A stretch of 58,598 nucleotides of DNA, filler included, from Dirinaria sp. TL-2023a (lineage: Eukaryota), in NCBI GenBank assembly GCA_051941275.1. It is 3 parts of 3 records of this genome, joined end to end, with 100 filler letters (N's around TTAATTAATTAA, not from the genome) between each part and the next. Parts side by side here need not be neighbours in the genome. Positions count along the whole stretch, not along the records: positions 19,595 to 39,046 come from JAVEBF010000333.1; positions 39,147 to 58,598 come from JAVEBF010000334.1; 1 more part is not named here. The stretch is one strand, 5' to 3'. The notes beneath the pieces were generated by a model. It saw only the letters and a program-made list of their open reading frames with translations, was not told the origin of the DNA and searched no databases. This document shows positions 35,428 to 49,054 of this stretch, in pieces. The position numbers and the translations under genes were made by a program. Position 1 is the first letter of the stretch. Each line of letters opens with the position of its first letter.

Positions 35428-38146
35428 GACCCTTCACCCCTCCATCGACACCTAGCTCGACGTATGGGCCACAGCCCCACTTGTAGGGTCGCGTTGAAGG
35501 TTACGACGTCGAGGCTTAGAACAGGGAGACCAGCTATGCGAGATCAACCTGCTGGTACAGCGAAGGAAGGCGAAAGGGAAGCTTTCGATGAAAGTGGCTG
35601 AGCAATCCTTAGCGGGCAGTCTTCCGAGAGGTCGAGAGATAGTTTAGGGTTTTTCTTCTTTCTTCTTTAGGCTGGTAGGCGTTGCTGAAGAGAGTAGTGA
35701 ACCGTAACGACTGGAATAACCGACTTCCTGTCAGGGGTTAAAGGAGTAGAGCGAGGGTAGTATGTTGGAAAGAAGAAGAATAATTAGAATAACAACAACA
35801 ACAACAAGAAGGCCGACAATTGATGAAGGTCGGGATTAGGCTGCGTCAGAAATCGTGGGGTGGGCTAGTCGTTTGACGGTTTGGGTGAGACTTTGCCTAA
35901 ATTGGGGCCGAGTGACGAAAGAGTGTGTCGGATCACCGACAATTAACCAGAAAGACGGATTGACGGGATGCCGATGTAAGGGCAGGTAGGGAAGGAAACA
36001 GTAGCTGGGTGGGAGGCTGCTTCTCCCGTGTCTGCGAACCACGGTCTGGTAAGGTAAGGTAGGTCACAGTGCCGGATCTTCCTCTGGAACCCGTTTTTCT
36101 ACCACCTTAAGGCATGGAAACTACGGTATGATAGTCTCAGCATCTTCATCTTCCACCGGATCCCAGATGCTGCAAAAGCGCAAGACTAGATAACGGAACA
36201 AATACGATTTGACGAGCAGTTTTTGGCGACAGGCAATCGCCGATCGCGAAATAATGGGTCGGAACATTGCCCGCAACAGTGACACGCAACCACGCAAGCT
36301 CTGGCCTCCTACTCTAGCAGTAAGCAGTCGCGTCAAACCCGTTTCTCGTCAAACTCAACCAATGATTCACATCTAGCCCAGAAGTCACTGAAAAATTCCC
36401 CATGGTTCGTTTCCCTTGCCGTGCCTACATACACGTGTACATCCTTGAGCTGCAGCATATTCCTTCAGTTCCGTCATTATTAGGTATTATTGATTGTTTG
36501 ATCACCCGCATTTGCATCTTGCCTTTCCCTGGCCTTAGGTAAGACTCTTGTATAGTTCACATACTCTGCCCTACGAAATCTGTGACTCTTTCGCGAGTGC
36601 CTAAGAATTAGGTCCTGCTCAGTGACTACAGTACTTGGACCCCCACAGTGGTCGGCCACGAAAGCCACGATTAAATCATTGTTTGACGTTTTTTTTGGAG
36701 TAGGAGCAATTATGTCCTCAAAATCTTTCCGATAGAAGTACTAGCTACTAAGTCGTAGCTTTGCGCAAGCCCTCAATTGTTCTCTGTTGTTCTCCACCAA
36801 TTTTGGCACACGTGAAAGTCTGACCTGAGAGGTAAGGTGTAGGTGGATAGTGGAATGTCCTAAAGCTGCGTCCTGGACGATGCTGATGAAAATTCTCCCA
36901 TAAAAGTAGGGCTTTCCCTTTTTTGCATATTCACATCGATCTGGATTATGCTATTTGGATACATGTATCTGGATTATTTGGGCAATTGAGGCCTCTGAAG
37001 TATGTTCGCCATGGCCGACCCCACATCGGCAACCGCATTCCGACAACCCATTTCGCGCGGTTCTGGTCATGATAGCACCTCTTGAAGCTCTTTCGATTCT
37101 GTGCGACTTGAGCAGGTCTCTGATACAATGATCATAGCGGAAGTGGCCATGGTGTTGTGACCACTTTCCATGGACCAGTGCATGCGACAGATTGGCAAGA
37201 AGGTGAAGGACTTACAGTAAATGTATGAGTGTGTAGCTTCAGGCAGCAACCTGCCATTGTCCAGAGCCGCTAACCTTGGATGGTCACCGGCATTCAAGCA
37301 ATGGGGAACAACAATAATGCTACTCTAAACGACATGCAGTCGGTAGTAGCTCGCTATCAAGACAATCTCGATGATCTCACAAGCCTTTAGACACCCACCC
37401 TCGACCACGACCTCGTTAACTGAAGATTCCGCAGCATCCTGAGGCCAGCCTTGCGCCACAGCTTCTCCCACATTGAGCCTCATCAGAGGCTGTGTTCTAA
37501 GCAGTGGCCGCCAATATGCTTGCGAGGAACTTTGAACAAGGTGTTGGAATAATCAGCCTCGAAATCCTCCAGAAGTCGGGGTGTGGTGGCTGTGGATGAA
37601 GGCCAAGAACTGTGCCTTCGTGCTAGGCCGGATTGGAAACGGCATCACTGACCCGGACTCGACGTGTTTCTCTCCTTTGAGCTCCTGCTGCGACCAGCCG
37701 ACAGGACATGTCGTGCCGAAACTGCAGTCTGTAAGTGATCTCGTGAAGATTCCATTCACAACATAGCTGGGGGCGCAATACCCTCACCAATAAGCATGGC
37801 CTCTTTCGCGCCCCGCCAAGGTGGGTGTTGGAACATGGAAGCTGAGGGATGCTGCAGCCTTGTGTAAGGCTCACCGGCATCCCAACGCTATTCATGAATG
37901 TCTCATCCTCACAGTACAGTAGCTCACTGGAGCCTTGTCACCCATTTCATAAGAACGAATCCTCAGTCTCCCCACTCTCTTCCCCTTCTCTCATTTGTCC
38001 GTCCAGAAGGACTTACCACAAGTCTTGATTTCTTATTTGACCACGTCTTCCTCTCTCCTACAACTCAATCAATCACGCAAAACCCTTCCGCTTCATCTCT
38101 ACTCCGATTGTACGCTCTACTTCTTAGCCCATACCCAACCGCACCC

Positions 38147-38812
38147 ATGTGTTGGCCCAGCCTCGACGGCGACGTTGTAGTCGAAGAACGTCGCCGCAGG
38201 CATAAGAACGAGCCTCGGCGCAAACGCCTCCACTTCGTCAAAGAGCACGGGTCCAACGACTCCGACGAATGGGATCTCATCGAGCCGCAACCCCGTCGAC
38301 ACCGGCAAGAGGTTGCTGAACGTCCCCATCCTCACCCACAGCCCCAGCCATGGCAATACGATCCGCACTGGGTACCTCCACCACAACACTATCAGCAGCA
38401 CATGCAACCCCATCCCGTACCCATACCGGTGGGGCACAATAGCCAGCCGCAGATGGTGTACCACGGCGACCAACACAGGCTCGAACACCAGTCCCACCAC
38501 GACCCGGACGAGATCATCCGCCGGGAGGAATTCGTCCCTCGCGGCAACGGCCATCAGCCACACATCATCGAGCGAGCACCTCGATCACGAGTGCCGTCAC
38601 ATGTACGGGCCCGGAGTCGATCGCGCCACAGAGGCCATAGCCATAGCCGGCATGGCTCGCTGTTCTCCGACGACAGCTACAGCGACAGCAGGCATGGCGG
38701 GCGAAGGCGGCACCATGAACCCCCGTACAGCGACAATGATAGCTTCGAGGATCTGAGGCCCGGCTCGCGCAGGAGAATCAATCGCGTGACGAGGTTTCGG
38801 CGGGTCCAGTAG
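38147..38812 (+). CDS. Hypothetical His/Arg/Pro-rich low-complexity protein
   Basis: GC-rich, coding-like ORF starting MCWPSLDG after a pyrimidine-rich leader; an in-frame upstream ATG at 37898 is also possible; no family recognised. Confidence 0.65.
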   Translation: MCWPSLDGDVVVEERRRRHKNEPRRKRLHFVKEHGSNDSDEWDLIEPQPRRHRQEVAERPHPHPQPQPWQYDPHWVPPPQHYQQHMQPHPVPIPVGHNSQPQMVYHGDQHRLEHQSHHDPDEIIRREEFVPRGNGHQPHIIERAPRSRVPSHVRARSRSRHRGHSHSRHGSLFSDDSYSDSRHGGRRRHHEPPYSDNDSFEDLRPGSRRRINRVTRFRRVQ

Positions 38813-39046
38813 TGGTTGGTCTGGGGTAGCGACTAAGCACTCTTTTCTTTTTCTTTTTCAAACATTTTCTTTCCCCCCCCCCTATTTCTGTGCTTTGATA
38901 GGGCGAGGAGGCACGCATTGTGTTTCTAATGTTGGGCAAAAATGTTCCATGTCACAAAATTGAGAGGTTCTTCCTTTTTGTTCTTCTTCCTTGTTCTTTA
39001 TAACGATTCATAATCAACCCCCCAAGGAACAGCTTCCATATTGGGC

Positions 39047-39146
39047 NNNNNNNNNNNNNNNNNNNNNNNNNNNNNNNNNNNNNNNNNNNNTTAATTAATT
39101 AANNNNNNNNNNNNNNNNNNNNNNNNNNNNNNNNNNNNNNNNNNNN
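39047..39146. other. Artificial contig spacer (N44-TTAATTAATTAA-N44)
   Basis: Same 100-bp N/linker structure as at 19495. Confidence 0.97.
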
Positions 39147-40131
39147 AGAGCGGGTTCCGCAGGCCCAGATCCCAGCCCAATCTCAGCTGTAAGGCCGAAG
39201 GAGCAATAAGTTTGCCAAGCCATGAGACAGCTATACTAAAATTGCCTGGAATCTGCAGGAGTGTGTATAAATGCGGGCCTCAGCCTAACACTGATCCTGC
39301 GACTGCTTCGCCGCAGTGATCAGGCACAGCCGGGCAGGCCCCTGGAAAATGGGGCGTTGCCGGTGGTCGGAAGCGAAGTCGGTAAGTTAGGCCACTGTCC
39401 ATTGAGAAGGAGGGGCGGTAACATAAGCTCAAGCTAAAAAGTAAAAGCAATAATAATCACAATTAAGTAGTAGCAGTAGTGCTAAGTGTGCTGACTGCTG
39501 ACCGCTGATTGAGACTGGCCGTGGTTAGTGGTGGTGGCAGCGCCGCGGCCAAAGATAGACCCGGCGGTCCAGGTCGAGGTTTGTTTACGTGTTAGCCCCT
39601 TAAGGTAAGGCATGCCGCCAAGCCTGGTCGAGCTTGATTATGTAAGTAAGGTACTACTCCGTACTGCATTTTGCTCTCCTCGATTGGCGCGAAAAGCAAG
39701 ATTCAAAAGAGAAGGTATTGCTATCGTCACAGCATCCATTGTATCGAACATTGAATGTTGCGACTCTACTCTAGATCCAGCATGGGCCAGCGGAGAGTCG
39801 CTCCTTTATGAAAATACCGCCAAAAATCGACACGTGAAGACATCTGGGGTACGACAATCTACATATTCGTAATTTAAAAGCTTGGATGGGAGTCACTCTT
39901 CATCTCGACCTCTCTGCTTTTTTTATCATCTATTTAATGCTCAACAGACCAAGAGCCAATGCTAAAGTAGAAACGCCTGTAAATGCTGAAATCATGTCCC
40001 CCATACAAGAATTACCTCCCACAGTATTTATTGGCGTCAACCTGGTATAATGATATCTCGCTCCCTAGCCCAGAGAAAATTGAAAATTCAAATTAAAAGA
40101 CCGTCGTGTGCCGTCGCAACCCTTATCCATT

Positions 40132-41411
40132 CTAGTTGGTGTATCGCTCCTCAACCCGAACCGGGTTCTTTGTCGTAGCACGCATGGTCAGTTCCTCCTG
40201 ATCATCGTCCATGAGAGGTCCGTTCTTCACATAGCCGATATTGCCCCTCTTTCCTTGGCCGCTGAGTTTCCACAACCCGTCGAAGACCTGGCCCGGGTGC
40301 GAGATGGTCAAGGCGAGGACAGCAAGTATAATCATCGGGCCCTCGAAGACCATGAACGAGGCTTGGTCGTTCGCCACTTTTCCGGAGAAGCCTCCTTGGA
40401 GCTCGACAATTCGATAGACCGAACGGATATAGATCAGCACAGTTGCGAGTGCAATGGCTGCGTCAACGCGTCAGCTGCAATTCTGCACATCCCTTGTTGC
40501 TTACGCAGAGCCAAATGAGGGCAGTACTCACCAACTTGTAGGAGCCTGAATTTGCGCGAATTTCTCAACATCGCAAAGGAATCGCTCTGCATCGTGTTGA
40601 AGGCCCCCTGCTTCCTCGCTTTATGCACCCTCAGGGCGAAGTCCGCCCAAAGACCCAGAAAGAGAGTCATCGAGACAACCTGCCAGACCAAGCCAGCAAC
40701 CATCACATGCGCCCCTGTGAGCGAGCCGGCGTGCGTGCGAGCAGTCGATGCCAAACCACCGCCGGCGCCTTGGAGAGCGAGTGCGAACACGTCGCAGCCA
40801 ATGAAGATGTATGTGTAGAGCTGTGGAGCGATTCTAGAGTGCTGCCGGCCGTAGACTGTGACGAGGCGTGAGAGACAAAGGTAGATGGATGCTGTAAGAA
40901 AGGCGGGCGCAATTGTCAGGCAGATAAGGTAGCTAAAGAATGGCATCAGTTGCAAGGTTCGGGAGACGGCCAATAAATTGCACCGGGGCGGTGACGGTGA
41001 GCTCGTAGGGGGAACTTACACCAAGAAGTAATTCATGATGTATGGATTATGCCACAGCAGGAGTCTGCCCATATAGCCAATGATCTCCCCAACCAAGCCT
41101 GGTACCATACCACCGAGGAAACTCCATGTCTTATGACGAATCCCCAGCCATATCTGGGCGATCAAAATCAGGAGAAACATGACCATATAGATAGAGTTGC
41201 CAGCAACACTTGGTCGGTAGTCAATGGTCTGCCAGGACTCAGGGCAGGCTGGTACACTGCCGAGGAAACAATACTTTCTCGCCATCCCCACGGCGGTGGC
41301 ATTATCAGAGTGCTGGAGCGCAAAGTTGATGAGTGCCGTCCCTGTGGCATTTCGCTCGGCGTGAAAGTGATCTGTGACATTATGGTAATTGGGACCATTG
41401 ATGTGGCCCAT
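40132..41411 (-). CDS. RTA1/Rsb1-like lipid-translocating exporter; exons 41411-41020, 40932-40532, 40457-40132
   Basis: [64 protein letters not shown] motifs; about 7 TM helices. Confidence 0.92.
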
Positions 41412-42678
41412 CTTGTTGAAAATCAAAGAAACAGAGAGGTAACGATTGAGTGCTTCTGAGAGTTCTTGGTGGTTGAGATTGGATCAAAGAGAGATACGTG
41501 AGAGTTTGGTAAGATGGCTTTGGGATTACTGTCTAAGGAAGGGAGAATGCAAGCCTTAAAGGTGGAAATGAGACTGATTTAGAAATCCTTCCAGGGAAGG
41601 ATGGGGCTGGTGGTGCACAGGCGCTTAGGGGTCAGGATAGGGACAGTCGCCCAGTGGATGATTTGTAGGCGTTCAACAATAATGCAGATGGACCTGTCAC
41701 ATTTGGCGCGACCTGATACACGCAGCCTTGACAGGGCTGCAAGCCCAATTTTCCAATAATGCACACCATAAAATCGAGACACAGAGCGACAGAGCTCTTA
41801 CCTTGGCAGCATGGTTCACACACCCTCTGCTCCACGGATTCAGACGCGATGACCGTATCACAGTCGTCCATTCGAGGCCCACTTCACATCTTGCCTCTGG
41901 AGTCTGGACGCCAGCGTAGGCGAAGTCAGGGTGACGCGCAGCATCAGAGTTCGCGTTTGGGAAATTGAGATGATGCCCTGCAGGTGGAGTTTCACAGTGA
42001 CTGGATCACTGGATCACTGGATTCCTGGATTCATGTGGCTGCTCACTGCTGCACTGCATGATCTGCGTCAAGGGTGGGCTCAGTGAAAAAGACGAACGGC
42101 GCGATCTGAAGCACGCTAAGGAAGGCAAAATAGAACTTTTACCTGAAGCTAGAAAGAGGCTGATTTTCCTCCCCTGCCTCTATTTTTACCCCCCCTCACC
42201 CGACTAATTATTAGGCGAGACAAAGTAGTAGTCGAAACGCAGGGTTCATCTGGGGTTGACGATTTCGAGAGACTCGACATTCCAGGAGAAGTGCTGCGAA
42301 GAGACGCCTTGCGAAGATGATGCTTGACTAGATCAGATCCATAGAGTCGCCCTGCGAGGGAGATGTTCTCGTTCTATGCAAAGTGAAAAAAGTCGTAAGG
42401 ATGTCATTCAAAAGAAATTTGCAAAGCAGGGAGGAAATGTGGTCCTTTGCTGAATTGTGCTTCAAAGCTCTCCAGTCATTGATTTTACATACATATTGGG
42501 CATCTGCGGGGCCTAGAAATTTGCAAAAGTCATATTCAGGTTTGATTGCGCTGCTTGTTCCTCTGATACAGTGAACCTTGAGACTTCGGCTTGACCACGA
42601 AGCGTTATTTTTTATGTGCATCCGACATATTTTTCAGACCCAGCCAACGCCATGCTAAATCCAATACTATGTACAAAA

Positions 42679-45600
42679 TTAAGACGACGGGAGGGACGGA
42701 ACAGGAGGCGGAAGAGGCTCTGCGGGGGGAACCCCAACGCTCGTCAACTGTGACATGATAGAATCCCTCCATGATCTCCTATCTCCCTTCTGAACCCGAT
42801 ACAGCTCCTTGAATGTCCCTCCCCTTTTCAATAGGTCGTCAGGATGACCGTACTCGATGATATGCCCGCGGTCCATGACGGCCACGGCGTCAAAATCAAT
42901 GATGGTGTCCAGCCGATGTGCGACAGCGATGATGGTGTGTGTGCTGAACTCCGACCGGATCAAGTGCTGCATCAGGGCATCGGTCTCAATGTCGACGCTG
43001 GCCGTAGCCTCATCCAACACCAGAATGCTGCCTTTTCTCAGCATAGCTCGAGCAAGGCATAGCAGCTGGCATTGTCCATGGCTGAGCATTTCTGGCGTGA
43101 GAGTGACGTCCAAGCCATCGTCACCTTTCGCAAGGTGGTAGAGGTGAACCTTTCTTAAAGCCTGCTCGACCTCCTCAGAGGAACAAACTTCCAAAGGATC
43201 GACGTTATACCTTAGTGACCCAGCTAGAAGATACGGCTCCTGCGGCAGAGCGATGAGGCTTGAACGGATCTTTTGCCGGGGAATAGTGGCAATATCGACT
43301 CCGTCAATGAAAATACTGCCGTTGGACAAGTCGAGAAGGCGGAGAAGAGTCGACACAAGACTACTCTTGCCACTCCCGCTTCTGCCACAGATCCCCAGCC
43401 TTTGGCCAGCCTTGATGGACAGAGAAATATCGTCAAGCGTTGGTTCTTTTGATTCCCTAGATTTCAAAGTTAGCATGAAGGGTGAATAAAACGAGTATTA
43501 CATGGCTTAACACGCGTACCTCCTGTGAGACGCCGTGACACCACGGAACTCAATGGCCCCATCCCTCGGCCAATCTTCTGGCGGCTCTTGAATTTCACCT
43601 GGAAGATTCTCTGATTCGACAGCGGATGTGAAGCTCCTTATCCTAGAGACCGCACCGGCCGAGGTTTCAAGCAATGTCCAGTTGGTGACGAGCTGTTTTA
43701 GTATCTGAGTGAAACCTACGAGACTCACTAACGCTAGGCCAATCAGACCAGCGTCACTCTCGCCTTGAAACTCGACAGCAACGGTAGCTAGAAGAACCGC
43801 TATCGCACCGACAATTAGGTTGAGCACTAAGTTGAGCCACCTTTGGATGCAGTATAGTAGGTAGAACGGTTTTTGTGAGGTCGCAAGAGCGGCTTGTGCA
43901 CGGGCTAGATGTTGGCGCTCCCACCCAAATGCTCGAATGGTAGCAAGGCCGTTCAACAATTCTAGGAAATGGGTGAAGAGTTGCGACTTGGACTCGATGT
44001 CCAATATGCGGAGTTGTAAAGAGGTACGGAGATAAAACTTCTGGATGACAAAGACCGCGACGATACAGAAGGGCAGTGCTATGCTGACCCACTTCGCTGA
44101 AGTCGCTATAACCAGCAGCTCTGCAATGAGGACAGAGAACACTACACACTTGTTAGCAAACTTGCCTCTGCCACGCAAGTGCAACTCATACTAAGACATG
44201 TACGAATCAGGGCAGTGGGTAGCTCCATATCGATGAGCTCCAAATCTTGACTGAATCTATTCGTTGTAGTTCCCGTGTCGGTGGACGTGAAAAACCTCAT
44301 TGGAGCACTAAAGAGCAAGATGTCAGTAGTGTTAGAACGATCGAGTCGCATAATACTCACTTTAGGACGGTATTCAACAATCGCCGATGTAGTTCCCGTC
44401 CGGACTGGGGCACCATTGCGATGATGAGGAGCCTTGCGAAGATTTAGCTTCCTTACAGTTGATGGCAAGATGACAAGTCGTTACCAGCATGTGAACATGA
44501 GGGAGAATATAGCAAGCAATCCAAACATTACATAGAGCCCGAGGTAGTAGAGAATTCTCTCGTTTGGGTGTTTCATGTTGTATTCGGTCCACCATTTGAT
44601 CCAGACATCTATTGCAGCAGTCAGTGTAAGGCGCTAAAGGCTCCGGTGCAGTGATAGGCATCTTACTTGGGAAAGCAACGGCAAATCCATATATAGCGCA
44701 AAGGAACATGAAGAGGAACCAGTTGAGCCATCCAAACGTCTGGATATAATACTTATATATTGTGAAGTCACCCGCGTGATTTTGGTTCGTATCTTCTGCA
44801 GCTTCAGTTGCACTAGGTGGGAGCAAGCCTTCAAGCAGGTACGCTAGCCTGTGATCTCTGTCCTTTGGAGCGTCCGTGGGCTTCCGATGAGTTACTGCAA
44901 GACTGTTGGTGTAACCGTCGGTAGATTTGAGACGATCAAAGGTGCCTTTCTCGTCGATCTCACCATTATTATCCAGAGCAATTATGTAGTCAGCCTCGGA
45001 AAGACGGTGCACTGCATATGTCAGGCTTGACCTTGCTTTTTTGATATTTGGGAGCATACCAGCATTGGTGGCTAGGACAACTGTGGTACCTTGTTGCCGT
45101 AAGATCCCTTGCGGTCCTAGGACTGCCTGGAAGATCTCTTCTTCGGTGACAGCATCAAGCCCGCTAAGTACATCGTCTAGGATGACTAGTTCTTTTCTAG
45201 AGTAAACCGCTCTTGCAAGAGCCTATTGTACGGTTAGCGAGACCAGGGGCGATAGGTGTTGTGACTACTTACCACACGCATCTGCTGCCCACCACTTAGT
45301 GCCAGTCCTTTGCTTCCAATAATAGTGTTCTCCCCAAGTGCAAGCCGTGAAAGGTCTTTCTCTAGAGAACAAGCACGAAGTACTGTTCTATACCACCCTG
45401 GGTCAAAATGAGAGTCGCCCAAGATGTTCCCTTTCAGTGTGCCATTAGTAAGCCAAGGTGTCTGCTCACAATACGCGACGTGACCAGAGTCTGGTCGACG
45501 GAATCCAGTTGCAAGAGGCGTCTCATGAAGAATTGCTTTGAGTAGAGTAGATTTACCGCAACTGACGGGCCCAATTATCATTGTCAAGTTCCCACGCTTG

Positions 45601-47795
45601 ATGCGGAAATCCAGATTCCGAAGAAGAGGCGCTTTCTCCTTGTTCCACCCACAACTTGCCATTCTAGCAACTATACAGACTTGTTTTTCTTTTTCTATTT
45701 CAAACTCCATAGAAATATCGTCGTCGTCGCCACTAGGAGCTCTTTTATGGCGCAGTGGTACCAATTCATCTGATAGTGATGGCTCGATGGCCTTGATGTT
45801 TTCTCGAGCGTCCGAGTTGAGATATATTCGAATACGCTCAAAACATCCCAAAGCGCTCATGAGCCCAGAAAGTGCCGTGATTAGGAACGCCACTGGCTCA
45901 AGCAGTAATTGCATCAGTGCGAGTGAGGTAAATACCCTGCCGTTGTCCATGAGAGGGTAATTATGATATTTTGCTAAGAGAATGTAGACCCCGAATGCCA
46001 TGACGGGCGTGAGGGCAGTGCTGGTATAGGCTGGAAGGTGCATCAGTGTCAGGCATTTTCGCGGCAAAGGGGAAACTTACATAGGCTGACAATCTTGACC
46101 AGCAATATCCTGAAAGCTCTAGACGACTCGATCTCCTCATCCCGAAGCCTGCCGAGTAGATGTGAAAGGTGGTTAGTAAGACCTGACATCTTTACACCCT
46201 TCATGGCACCTAGCATGGAAGCAGTGGCAGAGACACGTGTTTGTATCTTGTCGAGCCATTGCTTCTGTGTCGGCCCTGTCTTCGATGCGACTACAATTGC
46301 ACCAAGAGAACACGCTAAAGAAGCCCAGAATGAGTATTGTGAACAGCCAGTGCAGAGCACAGTAACGTACCAAGGATGATGGCCAGCGGCGTAAATGCTG
46401 CCAGGTTGAGTTGTCTTTGCAGAAGCCATAGGGCTATCGCTATGTCGAGCAAACTCGCCCACAGCTCGTGACACTGGCGAAGACCAACGCTAATGCGTTC
46501 TACATCTGCACTCATCAACGTTACTGCTTTGGATTCGTCTAGCGCCGCGGAGGTTAGCTCCAAAGTCCTTTCGTAAATGATGCGTACCAGGCTTCCGCGA
46601 AGCTTGGCCACACTGCGATAGGTCTTGTGTTGGTGCCATGTTTCGGAAACCTTGTTTCGGGCTCAGCAAAGGTCGTAATATGCATCAACTAGTTTTCAAC
46701 TTACTGAAAAGCCAACGTATACTATACAAAAGGCCCCAATCAGAGCCCGACCGATTTGCTTCGAGTTATCATGACCATCCGGCTGTGAGAGGTAGTCGAT
46801 CACTCTTTTGATTAGGAAGGGCTGACAGAAATTAAATCCTGTGGCGCAAAGACGCGGCAAGATAGCTGAGGCGAAAGACGGGCCATGGTATATTATGCAT
46901 AGGTAGAAGAGACTATTAGGTTTGTTCTTGTGGGGTGCTACAAGCACGGTTAGCATATCTAGCCGGTAGTATCGAGAAGAGTGTATAGGTACAACATTTT
47001 CTCCACTTTGCAAGCAAGCCGAAACCTTCATCCTCTGGTACAAGCTTTTCGTCGGCAGGGAAGAGTTGATCTACAGTGAGAGTCTTCTTGTAGCCCTTGA
47101 GGAAAAGTGGATTCAGCCACCAAAAGAACCAGGCGTTATAGACTCCGCTCATGGCTTCTGGAGGAAAGTGTTGATATTTGGATAGCAGACTTTTCCTTTT
47201 CTCTTTTGCCTCTAAGTAGATAATGACACCCTTGATCATAATTGCGAGTATGAATACTGTTGCCAAAGGCCTACTGCCTGGGATCACCCATAACGTTCGC
47301 GCCCTCGCAACATCGAATGCCAGGGATATCAACAGGTAGACGTTCAAGATCCAAGATGGTCGCACATTCCGTGAGTGCTCCAGGTGAGACAGAAGGCAGA
47401 GGCCCAATGTCAGGAAGGTCGTCAATGCATGGCAGGCAACAGTGGCCCTGGTTCTCGGGGTCTGAGACGATATGAGAACGCCAAGAAGCAGGAATTGTAG
47501 AGCCGAATAAACGCCAAAAGCGCACTGTGAAGAGTCAGCGCGAGCTTCGTATGCACATGAAGATCAGACAGACTAATTTAAAACGATGCAGCAATCCAAG
47601 ACTGACTTTCGGTTCTGTTTTCGATAGCTGATATATCCGGAGTGGCAGACCCAACAAGACCAAAGTTAGAGGGGCAATAGACAGTATGGTTTCTTCGAAG
47701 AGGAGGGTGAAGTCAAAACCTCCATGGCAAGTGTGGTTCGCTGGCCCAAAGTGATCCTGTGTGGAAATAGCACACGGGGACACGGCAGATGCCAT
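42679..47795 (-). CDS. Full-size ABCC/MRP-type ABC transporter (multi-exon)
   Basis: TMD0 start CHGGFDFTLLFEE; NBD1 GPVSCGKS / LSGGQ / ILDD; NBD2 GRSGSGKS / LSHGQ / LDEATA / AHRL; TMD2 NRFSQDL..D and IQRWL motifs. Confidence 0.93.
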
Positions 47796-49054
47796 CGCGA
47801 AGAATTATCTTCTGGATTGGAGTACTAGATTAAAGGCTGCACATCGTATGTAAACACAGACGAGGAAGATCCAACGAAATATCTCTTCTATACAGAAAAA
47901 AAAAAAAGAACAAATATAAGGAAAAGCAAAGAGAGACAGAGAGAAAAAAAGAAGTCGAGATGAATGGAGAGTAGAATTCAGAGTATCAAAGATTATCCAC
48001 GGATGAGTATGAGCAGCAAGAATTGCTAGCTATCAGGCCTAGGCCTCTAATGCTGGGTCCATGGTCTTACGGAAAGGTCACCTTGTCTTAGGTGAGCTAC
48101 CGGGGGTGGCGCTCGAAGTGCCAAATCCCTCACCAGGTGAGAGTAAAATGACTGAGAGCATGGCCACAGTGCGCAGCGTATTCCCAGTGTCCATTACGGC
48201 AGCAATCATCCTCAAGCTGCAGCGCCTGAAAATGGGGGGAGTCTCAGCTGGAAGACCCTGTTGTTACAGAGATAGAAGACGCCGGTCGCACCCCGGTCCC
48301 TGTCCCTGTCCCTGCCCAGCGCGCACTCTATTTTAGCCCCCTCGCTCATTGCGCCCGGAAATTTAGGTACGAGCACCTTACCAAGTTACCTAGCTTACCT
48401 ACCTAACTTCTTGGCCCTTAGTGCAACGAGGCTTGACCCGGCTCACCCGGTAACCGGTAATTAAATCTAGGGTACAGAGTGACTAGGTACAGTCATAGCC
48501 TGTAAGGCTGTAAGGTAGGTACATGTACTTAGAACACTCATTAATTATCAGCAAGGCTGAGCCAACGTTTGAAGCTCTCGCATGAACAGCACATTATTAA
48601 TAGCCCCTCGGAACTATTACCTCAGCGAGAGCTGGGTACGATCACACGGTCACGCGTCCATTTCGCGACCGCTTGGCATCCACACAGGGAGGCATCGAAC
48701 ACTCTCCCCGGCATTACGCTGTGGGCTCCATCGTAGCAATGTACCTGGTTTGTTGTGGAAGAGTCAGAACAGAGAAAAAATATTAGAGGAAATGTGACAG
48801 ATTGCCCGAATGCCGGTGCTGCTCTCTGAGCGGATCTTATTCGACGAAGATATGCTGCACTTCAGATATAAGTCGTTAGTGTTGTGATAGAAAGGTAGAT
48901 ATTGAATTACGAACAAGAAAGTGAGATTTTCATTTTCTTATATAGTTCTGGAGTTTAATAAGCCTATCTACAAGCTTGCCTCGAAAATACATTAAGTGGC
49001 TAGAAATATTTTGGGGAATGCCTGATAACGCCGATGAAGTGCAGCCTTGGCAGA

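Noticed and set aside
43070..43090. Non-canonical ABC signature LSHGQ in NBD2
   Set aside because: A degenerate NBD2 signature is normal for ABCC transporters and not evidence of inactivation.
19755..47907. Simple repeats: (GA)n about 19755-19772, (AAC)n about 35790-35806, CTGGAT(CA/TC) x4 about 42001-42032, poly-A about 47896-47907
   Set aside because: Ordinary microsatellites; no spacer-repeat (CRISPR-like) or terminal-inverted-repeat structure.
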